From assembly GCA_965242695.1 (NCBI GenBank), contig CBDESU010000002.1:896001-960000 (forward strand): a stretch of 64,000 nucleotides of DNA, written 5' to 3'. The translations under genes were made by a program, and so were the position numbers. How positions within the stretch are numbered: the stretch's first letter is position 1; every line of letters starts with the position of its first letter. Below the pieces are notes generated by a model. It was not told where the DNA came from, did not search any database, and was given only the letters and a program-made list of their open reading frames with translations. This document shows positions 19,924 through 29,574 of this stretch, piece by piece. The stretch comes from Cenarchaeum sp. Lineage in GTDB: Archaea; Thermoproteota; Nitrososphaeria; Nitrososphaerales; Nitrosopumilaceae.

Positions 19924-21333
19924 TCACGCGCCAGAATCGTCCTGCGCGCCGCGCCCCTGCCGGCGCGGGCCGAACGCGTCGTCTACCGCGCCCTCCATCT
20001 TGTGCGGGTAGAACAGCCTGACGTGGCCTTGGCCGCCGCTCCCGCCTCCCCCCGGGACGAGCGCGCCGACGACGGCCGAGACCGACGATATCTCGGCCAG
20101 GCCCTCCTGCCCGTCCCCCTCGCCCCCGTAGCCTGCCTCGGGGCGCACCAGTATGTCCCCGTTCCCTCCGCCGAGCCCCCCAGAGCCCGACGGCTCGTAC
20201 CTCGTGTACGCCGGCTTTGACTCGTCGTCTATGATGAGATAGTACTCGGCCGGCAGGCCGGCGGCATCAAAGATCGCGCGCAGCCTGCCCATGCGCGCCG
20301 GATCGGCCCCTGCATCGTCGAGCCCCGCTCGCGCGACGTACCTGTGGGCGAGCCTCTTTCGGCCCGTTATGCGCGATGCCAGGTCGGAGAGGATGGCATC
20401 GTCCGACCTGGCCCACCTGCCGACCAGGGCCGCTGCCGTGCCGTCGTCGGCCGCTAGCATCTCTCCGGGGCCGGGCGGGCTGCCGCTGGCGGGATCCCCA
20501 AGCGCGTCAAGGCCGGTCTCGGACGCGCCGAGCTCGGCGGCCCTTGCAAACGTCCTCTCCAGCACGCACTCCATCTGCCGGACGGTGTGGTGGTAGTAGA
20601 CGTTCTTGTACATGAGGTACCTGCCGACGATGTACCCCTCGACGGCGCCGATCCCCCTTCCGGCTACGACTATCTCGCCGCGGGGCTCGTCGATCTCTAA
20701 CGTGCTCGCTATGCGCAGCAGGTCGATCTTGCCGTAGTTGACGCCCGTAAAGTACGAATCACGCATGAGGTAGTCGAGGCGGTCGGCGTCAAGCTGGCTC
20801 GAGATCAGGCGCCGCACCAGGCCGTGCGCCCCCCCGCCGTTCCCGCCCTCCGCCCCGCCCAGGACGGCGCGCACGTCGCTCGAGCCGACCCCGTGCGCGT
20901 CGAGCAGGTCGCCGATCTCGGTTTCGGCGACTATCCTGCGAGCCATCTCCTCGTGGTCGAACCCTACCGGCCGCATGATCGACTCGAACGCGTGCGAGAA
21001 CGGGCCGTGGCCAATGTCGTGGAGCAGGGCCGCGGCCGCGCCGAGCTCCCTCATCTCCCCGACCTCGTCGCGCATGTACGCCCCGCCCCCGTTCCCCATG
21101 ATCGAGTCGTACAGCGCAAGGAACGTCCTCATCGCGCCGAGGCTGTGCGCAAACCTCGTGTGGGTCGCGCTCGGGTACACGAGGTGCGCCAGGCCCAGCT
21201 GGCCGACCCGCCGGAGCCGCTGGAAGTGCGCCGTCTCTACGATCTCGCCGACGACGGGGTATTCGCGTATGTCGATAAAGCCGTGGATGGGGTCCATGAC
21301 GAGCTTTGCGGCCCGGTTCTTGCCCCCCGCCAT
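19924..21333 (-). CDS. HD-domain phosphohydrolase (SAMHD1/YdhJ-like dNTPase)
   Basis: DPIHG, FQRLRRVGQLG, HTRFAHSLG, LLHDIGHGPFSH, DADRLDYLMRD, VYYH. Confidence 0.92.
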   Translation of the reverse strand: MAGGKNRAAKLVMDPIHGFIDIREYPVVGEIVETAHFQRLRRVGQLGLAHLVYPSATHTRFAHSLGAMRTFLALYDSIMGNGGGAYMRDEVGEMRELGAAAALLHDIGHGPFSHAFESIMRPVGFDHEEMARRIVAETEIGDLLDAHGVGSSDVRAVLGGAEGGNGGGAHGLVRRLISSQLDADRLDYLMRDSYFTGVNYGKIDLLRIASTLEIDEPRGEIVVAGRGIGAVEGYIVGRYLMYKNVYYHHTVRQMECVLERTFARAAELGASETGLDALGDPASGSPPGPGEMLAADDGTAAALVGRWARSDDAILSDLASRITGRKRLAHRYVARAGLDDAGADPARMGRLRAIFDAAGLPAEYYLIIDDESKPAYTRYEPSGSGGLGGGNGDILVRPEAGYGGEGDGQEGLAEISSVSAVVGALVPGGGGSGGQGHVRLFYPHKMEGAVDDAFGPRRQGRGAQDDSGA

Positions 21334-21439
21334 GCGCCCCCCGTGCGTTGCGCGGCTTTAACGCTTGGGGGGGGGGGCGGCCGGCCGCGGCCGGCCTTGC
21401 GGCGCCCGCGCCTCCGGCGGCGGCCATGGCGGGTTGCGT

Positions 21440-21540
21440 GGCGGATGCCAGCATGCCTCGTCCCATACACCCGCGTCTTTTGCATCAATCGAGATTGTTG
21501 CCGACAACACGGTGGCATCCTGCGACGAAGTGTCAGTCGT
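21440..21540 (-). pseudogene. Remnant of an aspartyl protease gene
   Basis: Follows DUF5678 copy 2; TDTSSQDATVLSATISIDAKDAG weakly matches the N-terminus of 21907..22470; ATG lost and no DTG motif. Confidence 0.5.
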
Positions 21541-21772
21541 CAGGAACCCCGTAGCAGAACGCCAGCTCTGAGGGATCCGCATAGATGTAGTCCATGAACG
21601 GGATGCCCTTGCCCGCTTTGTAGCCTTCCTCGTGGACGCGCCTTGGATCCTTGCCGTGCGCGACGATCTCTTGGCTGGCCACGGCCACCCACTCGCCACG
21701 GTACCGCCACATCTCCTTGGGGTCTAGCGACCTGAGGAACTCGCAATCCTTGTCTACATCGCTGTCTTTCAT
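21533..21772 (-). CDS. DUF5678-like small protein (copy 2)
   Basis: YRGEWVAV...IVAHGKD motif; near-duplicate of 22463..22702. Confidence 0.75.
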   Translation of the reverse strand: MKDSDVDKDCEFLRSLDPKEMWRYRGEWVAVASQEIVAHGKDPRRVHEEGYKAGKGIPFMDYIYADPSELAFCYGVPDD

Positions 21773-21906
21773 GGGGCGGCGAGCGAAGGGGTATTATTTA
21801 AGTCATTCAGCGGGCCGGATCCGTGCCGCATGGCCGTGCATGTCCCTAGTCGATAATGAACCAAACCGTTGCGCACGGCATGCATATCGCGCCGTGCTTT
21901 GCGGCG

Positions 21907-22470
21907 CTAAATGCGGGACGAGCCGCAGAGTGCGGTAGTCGGCCGTAGCGCGGGCCATCGGATTGCGGACGCCGTCGGGTTGTCGTCAATCCTGCAAAGC
22001 CATGTGACCTTTCCGACCTCGTCAAAGCACGCCCTATACTTGTTGAAAAAGCCGTCCCTGCCCAGCAGGAACGGCACGTGCGAGGTCGGATCGCGCGACG
22101 CTTCCGTGTCGGGAACCAGCGCCTTGACAACGCCGATGTCTGACCACTTGCCCAATTTTGCTGCTACGCCGATCTTTGTGCGGTAGGCCTCGAACGTGCC
22201 AGATGCGGAGAACACCGGCTGCTTGGATTCCTCGTCTAGCACAATGCCCAGCTGCTCGGCTGCCCACATCGGCGCTGCCGACATGTATGCACCGGTGTCC
22301 ATCATGCCTCTGGCCCGCACCACCACCCTACTGCCGGCCGCCGCACCGGGGTTCCTCACGTTGATTGGGATTGTCGGTGCCAGTGCAGTGGGGGGTCTTG
22401 CGTCACTCGTTTTGGAACGCGCACCCATGTAGTCGACGCGGATCCACCCATCCGACGAAGAGTCAGTCAT
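21907..22470 (-). CDS. Retropepsin-like (clan AA) aspartyl protease
   Basis: MDTGA catalytic motif, AEQLGI, FLLGRDGFF; overlaps the DUF5678 stop. Confidence 0.85.
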   Translation of the reverse strand: MTDSSSDGWIRVDYMGARSKTSDARPPTALAPTIPINVRNPGAAAGSRVVVRARGMMDTGAYMSAAPMWAAEQLGIVLDEESKQPVFSASGTFEAYRTKIGVAAKLGKWSDIGVVKALVPDTEASRDPTSHVPFLLGRDGFFNKYRACFDEVGKVTWLCRIDDNPTASAIRWPALRPTTALCGSSRI

Positions 22471-22702
22471 CGGGAACCCCGTAGCAGAACGGCAGCTCTG
22501 AGGGATCCGCATAGATGTAGTCCATGAACGGGATGCCCTTGCCCGCTTTGTAGCCTTCCTCGTGGACGCGCCTTGGATCCTTGCCGTGCGCGACGATCTC
22601 TTGGCTGGCCACGGCCACCCACTCGCCGCTGTACCGCTCGATCTCCTTCTGGCTCAATGACATGAGGAACTCGTAATCCTTGTCTACATCGCTGTCTTTC
22701 AT
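22463..22702 (-). CDS. DUF5678-like small protein (copy 1)
   Basis: YSGEWVAV...IVAHGKD. Confidence 0.78.
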   Translation of the reverse strand: MKDSDVDKDYEFLMSLSQKEIERYSGEWVAVASQEIVAHGKDPRRVHEEGYKAGKGIPFMDYIYADPSELPFCYGVPDD

Positions 22703-23136
22703 GGGACGACGAGCGAAGGGATATTATTTAAGTCATTTAGCGGGCCGTAGTCGTCAAGGCGCTCATTTGGGCCTATAGGGCACACGTAGCCCCGATCCGA
22801 GCACAACGTGCCGGGAACTAGGCGCCGACGCAGCAAGAATTCCTGCTCCGCCGCAGCCCCGGCCGCCGCGGGATGCCCCCGCGCCGCGCTCTGCCGCATC
22901 CTACTGCGTCAACAGGGCGCGCTGGAGCACGAGCCGCCGCCGTGGACACTGAACAATGTATGGGCAGCGTCTTATACTATCAGCCGCCTTTCCGCTTCAA
23001 GGCATGATCCCCGTAGCGGCATCAACACAGGCGCTCGCACCGCCGTCTGCGGCATGCGGGCCCGCCGGCAGCGGCGCGGCTAGCAGAGGCGCCCGCCACC
23101 GCGCGCAGGGCGGCATTGAGCGGCAGGTGGCCTGAG

Positions 23137-23956
23137 GTGAACGACCTCTTCCAACTTTTCGCTTTTCTTGTCGTCGCGCTGGTGCCCGGCACTGCAGAGT
23201 CGGAGCCGAGCACGGAAGGGGTGTTCTTCAAGGTGCCCATAGTGGCTGACAACATCACGGGGGTTGAGTTCGGATCTGGCTATACCGTAACCGGTCCATG
23301 TAGAGCCCAGCGAAGAGTACCAGTCGGTCAGCGTGCACATACCGCAGGGCCTTCCGGAGTCAAGCCACTCCGCGTCGGGCCACTTCCTGCGCGGCCACCC
23401 TGATCTCTGGCACCGCCACGACCCTGACATCTTGTACGGCCACGCCTGGGATGCGATGTCCTATACGGCCGAAACCGCGGGCGCGGGCAGGGCGGACGGC
23501 GAGCGGCCGGGGCGGACCCACCGGCCGACGTACCACGACCTGTACACCATTTACGCGTTCGAGAAATGCCACACGGTCAACACCGCCGTGGCGGTTGTCA
23601 ACGCCACGAGCGTTTTGTACGAGTACCTTGTTTTTGGGGGCCCCCGCATCTCGGGGCCCCCACTCCCGCCGCTCGTTGCGCCCCCGATCCCAGGCGGCTG
23701 CGACGATGCGGTGCTCCTCCGCCCGCCCTTTGACCCCCCGCTGCGGCAGGTGCGCGGCGAAGGCATACTGGCTGGGACGGTCGCCTGCAACGACGGCTTG
23801 GTGCGGCACATCCGGGATGGCGGGGATCCCCTCTGCCTCCGGCCGGATACGCTCGAGCGGCTCTTGGAGTCGGGGGTCCTCGTGCTGCCGCCCGAGCCGC
23901 CCGAGCCGCCCCCTCCCCCGCCGCGTGGCCACCGCGAGCTGCCGCATCGGCCCTGA
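23137..23956 (+). pseudogene. Secreted protein with a thaumarchaeal C-terminal Cys domain, 1-nt frameshift at ~23290
   Basis: N-terminus PGTAESEPSTEG and C-terminus PPLRQ..GI...VACNDGL...PLCLRPDT both match the paralog at 41877..42614 but lie in different frames. Confidence 0.7.
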
Positions 23957-24310
23957 TGGCGGCCTCGTCCGCGTATGTCCGGGCTGTTCGCCATGCATGC
24001 GCCGCCAAATGAAACAAGATCAAGCACCGCATGTGCGGGCCGCGGAAGGGCCGCAAGAGTTCCGCCGCATGGAACATTCAGAATATGCAACGCCGGCCTG
24101 GTGGATTGCGGCGGGGGCGCAGGGGGCGGGGCGAAGGGCGGGTGGGCATGAGATGCACCGCCGCTGGCCGCCGGCCCGCACCTGGTGGAAACACGCACAC
24201 GCGATCTGTCCTCCCACATGCACACTGCCTGGTCGGCGCGGCACTCCCGAAGTCGGCCCGTGGAACACCAGGCGTCGCCTTAACCAACGCTCCTGCGGCG
24301 AGCGCGCCTG

Positions 24311-25219
24311 CTACGCAATCCCTCGCAGAAACTCCATGACCGCCTCCCTGTCTCGCTCGGGCAGGCCGGCAAGGCCGTCTACAAACCCGACCGTGATCCG
24401 CGCAAGGCCTCCCTCCGGACGCCCCTCCTCCCCCTCCCCTCCTCTCGATATGCCGCCTCCCGCCCCCTCGGGCAGCAGCGACTCGGCCCGCCCCTCCGAG
24501 TACGCCCTGGCTTGGTCGCCGAGCAGCGTGTCCACAAACTCGGGCGAGAACCGGGCTATCGCGGCGACCGCCCCGAGCGCCCTCTTCTCGGCCCCGCTCT
24601 CCGAGTCCCCGACAAGGCCGCCGATCAGGGCCTCCCTGTCGGGCACCTCGGCAAGCGACAGGCACGCGAGCCTCCCGAGCCTCGTAAGCCGGTAGTAGGG
24701 TATGCCGGCCGCCTGCACCGCCCGTGGGCCCCTCTTGTACGGCAAGCGCCCCTCCTCCTCGATCAGCCCCTGCGGGACGAGCGACCCCTCTATGTCGTTG
24801 AACACGCCCGAGTACATGTTCTTCCACTGCGCCCCTCCCCCTCCCGACACGGCCTTTGCAATGGCGGGGCGGGTCCTGTCGGCCGGCCTCGGGTGCGACG
24901 CGAGCGAGGCCAGTATGGCCCGCTGCCTCCTCGCCTCGCCGGTGGGCCGGCTCTGCTTGGTCTTCATGATGCCGAGCCTGTGGGCGGCCTGCGGCAGGGC
25001 CTTGCCCTCGGTTTCCGCCGCCCCTCCGCCCGCCCCCTCTCGGTCGGGGGCGCCCCGCCCGCCGCCCCTCCGCCGCCCCCCTTCAGGCGCGCCGCCCCCG
25101 CCCGCGCCCCGCCCGCCGCCCGCAGGCGCCCCTCCGCCGCCCGCAGGCGCCCCTCCAGCCCCAGCTCCGCCCTCTACAGGCGCCTCCACAGGCGTACCGT
25201 ACCCCCCACTACCCATCAT
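24311..25219 (-). CDS. Conserved hypothetical protein, probable winged-helix regulator divergent from amt
   Basis: RTRPAIAK..., LIEEEGRLP...GIPYYRLT..G wing-like motif; Gly/Ala-rich N-terminus, start uncertain. Confidence 0.7.
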   Translation of the reverse strand: MMGSGGYGTPVEAPVEGGAGAGGAPAGGGGAPAGGGRGAGGGGAPEGGRRRGGGRGAPDREGAGGGAAETEGKALPQAAHRLGIMKTKQSRPTGEARRQRAILASLASHPRPADRTRPAIAKAVSGGGGAQWKNMYSGVFNDIEGSLVPQGLIEEEGRLPYKRGPRAVQAAGIPYYRLTRLGRLACLSLAEVPDREALIGGLVGDSESGAEKRALGAVAAIARFSPEFVDTLLGDQARAYSEGRAESLLPEGAGGGISRGGEGEEGRPEGGLARITVGFVDGLAGLPERDREAVMEFLRGIA

Positions 25220-25237
25220 TCATCCCCTGCCATGTGC

Positions 25238-25279
25238 TAGTATCATAAAATCCCTATTTAAAATCTTAATCCTTATATA
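25238..25279 (+). promoter_or_regulatory. amt promoter: motif TAGTATCATAAAATCCCTA plus TATA box (TTATATA 25273-25279)
   Basis: AT-rich intergenic region; TATA 23 nt before the ATG; motif shared with 16195-16213. Confidence 0.7.
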
Positions 25280-25302
25280 ATTTCCAACGTCGCTTCGCCG
25301 CA

Positions 25303-26868
25303 ATGAGGTCTACAAACCACAAGTATGCTTTACTGCTTGTGGCTGCTGTGGCGGTAACCGCAACCGGCGCAATGTCGATGGCCTATGCCCAGTCCGTAGA
25401 GGACGGCATGGACGGCTACGTAAAGGGGACGTCTGGTATCTACACCGGCAACCCCAACGAGTGCTGGGTCGACAACGGCGATGGTACCTTCACGGCATGC
25501 TACATAGACACGGGCGACACTGCGTTCATGCTGGTCGCCTCTTCGATGGTTCTGTTCATGACGCCAGGCGTGGCGTTCTTCTACGGCGGCCTTGCCCGCT
25601 CCAAGAACGCGGTCAACGTCATCGGCATGACGTTCATCATCATGGGGCTGATGGCGTGGCAGTGGGTCGCGTGGGGCTATTCGCTCTCGTTCGGCCCGAT
25701 CGACAACGATGCCAACATGTTCATGGGCAACCTGGACTATGTCGGGTTCAACCAGGTCTCGCACTACGCGCCGCTCGGCGCCCCGACGGCCTGCGACGGC
25801 GACATTTGGTCCAACGCTTACCAGATGCAGCAGATGAAGTCCGAGGAGGCCTGCGGCGACTCTTGGCCTAGCACGGTCCCGCACGCGCTGTTCGCGGCGT
25901 TCCAGGGCACATTCGCGATCATCACGCCGGCGCTCATTGTCGGCGGCCTGATCGACCGGATGAAGTTCAGCGCCCTGATCATCTTCGCGCTGCTCTGGGG
26001 AACGTTCGTCTACGATCCGATCGCCCACTGGGTATGGGGCGGCGGCTACATCGGAGGCGGAGCAATCGACCTGGATCCCGAGCTGTCACCGTCTTACGCG
26101 CTTGACTTTGCAGGCGGCACCGTAGTGCACATCTCGTCGGGCTTTTCGGCCCTGGCAGCGGCCCTGATACTGGGTCGCCGCCTCGGTTACGGCAAGGTCC
26201 CGATGGAGCCTCACAACGTCCCGATGGTGGTCCTCGGCGCGTCGATCCTATGGTTCGGCTGGTTCGGGTTCAACGCGGGCAGCGAGGTGATGGTCGACGG
26301 AATCACGGTGAGCGCCTGGGTTGTCACAAACCTGGCGACCGGCGTGGCTGCCGTGACGTGGCTGCTCATGAGTTGGGCGCACACCGGCAAGCCTAGCATC
26401 GTCGGCGCCGCAACGGGCGCGGTGGCAGGACTGGTCGCGATCACGCCGGCTTCCGGCTGGGTCGGGCCCATGGCGGCGATCATTATCGGAATCGCCGCCG
26501 GGACGATCTGCTACGGCTGCGTCTCGTTCAAGAACGCGCGCAAGTGGGACGACGCCCTCGACGTATGGGGCGTGCACGGCATGGGCGGCCTTACGGGCGC
26601 CATACTGACCGGCACGCTTGCCAGCCCGCACATCTGGGATACCGGCGACGGTATCGGAGCATGGACGGGAACGCCAGAGGGGTTCGAGCAGCAGGGCATC
26701 AGCATCATCGGCGCGGTCGTGTCAATCGCGTACGCGTTCGGTGTGACGGTCGTCATCCTGAAGATCATGGATGTCGTCTGGCCCGGCGGAATCCGCGTCA
26801 CCCCCAAGGAAGAGGAGATCGGACTCGATCTCGCTCAGCACGGGGAACGTGCGTACGTCAACGAGTAG
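25303..26868 (+). CDS. amt: Ammonium transporter with N-terminal extracellular extension
   Basis: DTGDTAF, MTPGVAFFYGG, DFAGGTVVH, WFGWFGFN, DDALDVWGVHG, GLD...HGERAY. Confidence 0.97.
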   Translation: MRSTNHKYALLLVAAVAVTATGAMSMAYAQSVEDGMDGYVKGTSGIYTGNPNECWVDNGDGTFTACYIDTGDTAFMLVASSMVLFMTPGVAFFYGGLARSKNAVNVIGMTFIIMGLMAWQWVAWGYSLSFGPIDNDANMFMGNLDYVGFNQVSHYAPLGAPTACDGDIWSNAYQMQQMKSEEACGDSWPSTVPHALFAAFQGTFAIITPALIVGGLIDRMKFSALIIFALLWGTFVYDPIAHWVWGGGYIGGGAIDLDPELSPSYALDFAGGTVVHISSGFSALAAALILGRRLGYGKVPMEPHNVPMVVLGASILWFGWFGFNAGSEVMVDGITVSAWVVTNLATGVAAVTWLLMSWAHTGKPSIVGAATGAVAGLVAITPASGWVGPMAAIIIGIAAGTICYGCVSFKNARKWDDALDVWGVHGMGGLTGAILTGTLASPHIWDTGDGIGAWTGTPEGFEQQGISIIGAVVSIAYAFGVTVVILKIMDVVWPGGIRVTPKEEEIGLDLAQHGERAYVNE

Positions 26869-26870
26869 GA

Positions 26871-26892
26871 AAGCTTTTTTCCACTCTTTTTT
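26871..26892 (+). terminator. Oligo-T archaeal terminator after amt
   Basis: Two T tracts (GCTTTTTTCCACTCTTTTTT) immediately after the stop. Confidence 0.65.
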
Positions 26893-27014
26893 GCCCCGCG
26901 GCGGCCGGCCGCTGCCGCCCGTCCGCCCCCCCCCCGCGCGGCCGCCAAGGATTATCAAGCCGCCGGGCGCCCCACTGCGCGTTGGGCGATGCGGGGGCCG
27001 CGCCGGGCGCGGGC

Positions 27015-27851
27015 ATGGGCGGGGGCGGCGGGCAGAGTGGCGGGCCGCCCGGGCCTCGCAGCCTGCTGGTGCGGGCCGATGACGTCCGAGGCATGATCGG
27101 CGATCCTGACACGCTGCTCGTCGACACGCGCCCGCACGCCGAGTACGCAAGGGGCCACATACCGGGCGCCGTCAACCTCGACCTGTTCGCATTCCACTGG
27201 GCCGACACGTCCGCCTCCGGCCTGGAGGCGTTCACCCGGCAGTCGGCCCGCCTCATGTCGTTCTGCGGCGCCGGCGGGGCCTCGCGCACCGTATTCTACG
27301 ACAGCACGTCGGGCATGACGGCGGCGCGGGGCGTGTGGATGATGGAGTACTTGGGGCGCGGGGACGGGGCGCGGATGCTCGACGGCGGCTTTTCCGGGTG
27401 GACAGGTGGCGCCGGCGCCCTGCCGGTCGAGACCAGCCCGAACGCGTTCCGGCCGCACCCGTTCGAGCCGCGGCCCGACGCCGGAGTCGTCGCCGGCTAC
27501 GAGTACGTCCGGGACAACCTTGGCAGGCTGGCCGTGGTGGACGCCCGAACGCCGGCCGAGTACTCGGGCGAGGCGGTCAGGGCCGCCCGGGCGGGCCACA
27601 TACCGGGCGCCGTCAACATTAACTGGGCGGGAAACCTTGGCGCCGACGGGACGTTCAAGGATGCGGGCGGGCTTGCGCGGCTCTACGGCGGGCTGCCCGG
27701 CGGGCGCGAGGTCGTGGCGTACTGCCAGGGCGCGTACCGCGCGGCCAGCACGTTCGTCGCGCTGCGGCTGCTCGGCCGCAGGGACGTCCGCGTGTACCTC
27801 GGCTCGTGGGGCGAGTGGGGGAACATGCCCGAGCTGCCAGCCGAGCGGTAG
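27015..27851 (+). CDS. Tandem-domain rhodanese/sulfurtransferase
   Basis: Two GHIPGAVN motifs, LDGG, active-site YCQGAYRA, YLGSWGEW. Confidence 0.92.
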   Translation: MGGGGGQSGGPPGPRSLLVRADDVRGMIGDPDTLLVDTRPHAEYARGHIPGAVNLDLFAFHWADTSASGLEAFTRQSARLMSFCGAGGASRTVFYDSTSGMTAARGVWMMEYLGRGDGARMLDGGFSGWTGGAGALPVETSPNAFRPHPFEPRPDAGVVAGYEYVRDNLGRLAVVDARTPAEYSGEAVRAARAGHIPGAVNINWAGNLGADGTFKDAGGLARLYGGLPGGREVVAYCQGAYRAASTFVALRLLGRRDVRVYLGSWGEWGNMPELPAER

Positions 27852-27878
27852 GATGCGCCGCCGATGCTGATGCGGCCC

Positions 27879-28517
27879 CTACCCGGTGTACCCGCACATG
27901 CCCATCCGCGGCGAGTTGACGACCGGCAGGTACTCGTCCTCTCCCCCGCGCTTTTTGGCGCAGGCGTCGCAAAGCAGGGCGGGGTCCTTGTCGTCGTCCA
28001 TGCACTCGGTGCATATCTCCGTTGCAATGCCCTTGCCGCCGCACTTGCCGCAGTCGAACTTTATCGCGTCGTTTCTTGCGGCCAGCTCGGCGGGCCTCTT
28101 CATCCCCGCGCCCGAGCACATGCCGACAAGGCTTACTCCGAGCATGGTCGACGTGCCAAAGTCGTACGTGTACTCTAGGTTGTGGCTGGCGCCCAGGACC
28201 TTGACCGCGTTCGCGCCCATCGTCTTGTCCCTCGGATCGCCATAGTCGCTCTTCATGGACAGGTACGAGACGTCCCCGTCGCTGAACGAGCTGAGGTGGC
28301 CGCAGCACTCGACCCACGTGCTCCTGAGCAGGTCGTCAAGGTCGCTCAGCTTTGCCTTTCCAGAGACCCTTGCGTACAGCCAGTAGGGCCCCCCGCCGAC
28401 GACCATTACCAGGCATGCGCCGCCCCTGCCGCCCTTTTCAAAGTGCCCTGCAAGGTGGGCCTTCATCCTTTGCGCCGACACCTTTTCGTCGCAGACCATG
28501 CACGTCCCGCTTGCCAC
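27879..28517 (-). CDS. pRiA4b-ORF3-like protein with Zn fingers
   Basis: CxxC...H, LDDLLRSTWVECCGHLSSF, YTYDFGT, NSPRMGMCGY. Confidence 0.75.
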   Translation of the reverse strand: MASGTCMVCDEKVSAQRMKAHLAGHFEKGGRGGACLVMVVGGGPYWLYARVSGKAKLSDLDDLLRSTWVECCGHLSSFSDGDVSYLSMKSDYGDPRDKTMGANAVKVLGASHNLEYTYDFGTSTMLGVSLVGMCSGAGMKRPAELAARNDAIKFDCGKCGGKGIATEICTECMDDDKDPALLCDACAKKRGGEDEYLPVVNSPRMGMCGYTG

Positions 28518-28701
28518 GCCCGCGCGCTCCGGGGCCCGTATTTAAGCGCCGCGCCCTAGTGCGCCGGCGCCCCGCCGCCGCCCGCGGCGGCCGCCGCGGC
28601 CCCTGCGACGCTCGCCCCGTACGCGGCAAAGCCGAGCATTACGAGGGCCGGGATGAGCGTGATCGCCGCCTCTCTGGACACGCCGCGCCGCCCCGTAGCC
28701 G

Positions 28702-29556
28702 CTATATGAATCTGTTGGGGTACATGGTCTCGTACCGCTTGCCCCACGCATGCGACGGCGGCCACGGCGTCGTGTCCCTGCGGTCCGACCTGCCGTACAT
28801 GCACCTGCCCATCCTCGGCGAGTTGCGCGCCGGCAGGAAGCGCAGGTCGCCGTCGTGCCGGTGCCCCCTAGCGCAGGCATCGCACATGAGCCTGTCCTCG
28901 CCGAGCGAGCTGCACTCTATGCATATCCTCCTGCCGCCCCGCCGCCGCCCGCACTCGTCGCAGTCGTGCTCGATCTTTTCGTTCCTCATGGCCACCTCGA
29001 CGGGCCTCTCCATGCCCGCCGCCGAGCACGCGTCCACCACGCGCACGTCGAGGTACGTCGTCCTGTGCGGCATGAGGTCGTACGTGTAGTCGCCGACCGA
29101 GCCCGACCCGAGCACCTCCTCGACCGTGTGGTCCTCCATCCTCAGGTACATGTCGCCCGGTTCGTGCTCGCCGAGCACGACGCCGCCGTTGAAGTCGATG
29201 CCGTCGACGACCATCATGCTGACGTGGTCAAAGTGGCAGTCGAGCCACGAGCGCCGCAGGCGGCCGTCGATGTCCGACAGGAACGCGCCGCGCGCGGCCC
29301 TTGCGATCATCCAGTAGTCGTGCCGCTCCCTGCTGTCGATCCGCAGCACGTACGCCCCGCTGTCGCCCCCGCCCCAGTGGGCGGCCGCGTGGTCCGGCGC
29401 GTCTGCGTACGCGACGAGCTCGCCGCACGCGCGGCACTTTCCGCGCGTCAGGGGATCCTCGAGGCGCGGCTTTATGCGCGCCTCTGCGCGGTCGAGCGCC
29501 TCCGTTCCGGACAGGGGATCGTCGTGCGAGAGCCAGCCCGGGATGCCAGACGCCAC
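28702..29556 (-). CDS. pRiA4b-ORF3-like Zn-finger protein (diverged paralog)
   Basis: IDGRLRRSWLDC..DH, YTYD, CxxC pairs, NSPRMGRCMY. Confidence 0.75.
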   Translation of the reverse strand: MASGIPGWLSHDDPLSGTEALDRAEARIKPRLEDPLTRGKCRACGELVAYADAPDHAAAHWGGGDSGAYVLRIDSRERHDYWMIARAARGAFLSDIDGRLRRSWLDCHFDHVSMMVVDGIDFNGGVVLGEHEPGDMYLRMEDHTVEEVLGSGSVGDYTYDLMPHRTTYLDVRVVDACSAAGMERPVEVAMRNEKIEHDCDECGRRRGGRRICIECSSLGEDRLMCDACARGHRHDGDLRFLPARNSPRMGRCMYGRSDRRDTTPWPPSHAWGKRYETMYPNRFI

Positions 29557-29574
29557 GCATCCCTCCCCTCCGCG

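Larger units (their letters stand above)
21533..22746. repeat. Direct duplication of ~280 bp (21533-21816 and 22463-22746) covering promoter plus DUF5678
   Basis: Long identical stretches, e.g. GCTCTGAGGGATCCGCATAGATGTAGTCCATGAACGGG, at an offset of 930. Confidence 0.9.
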
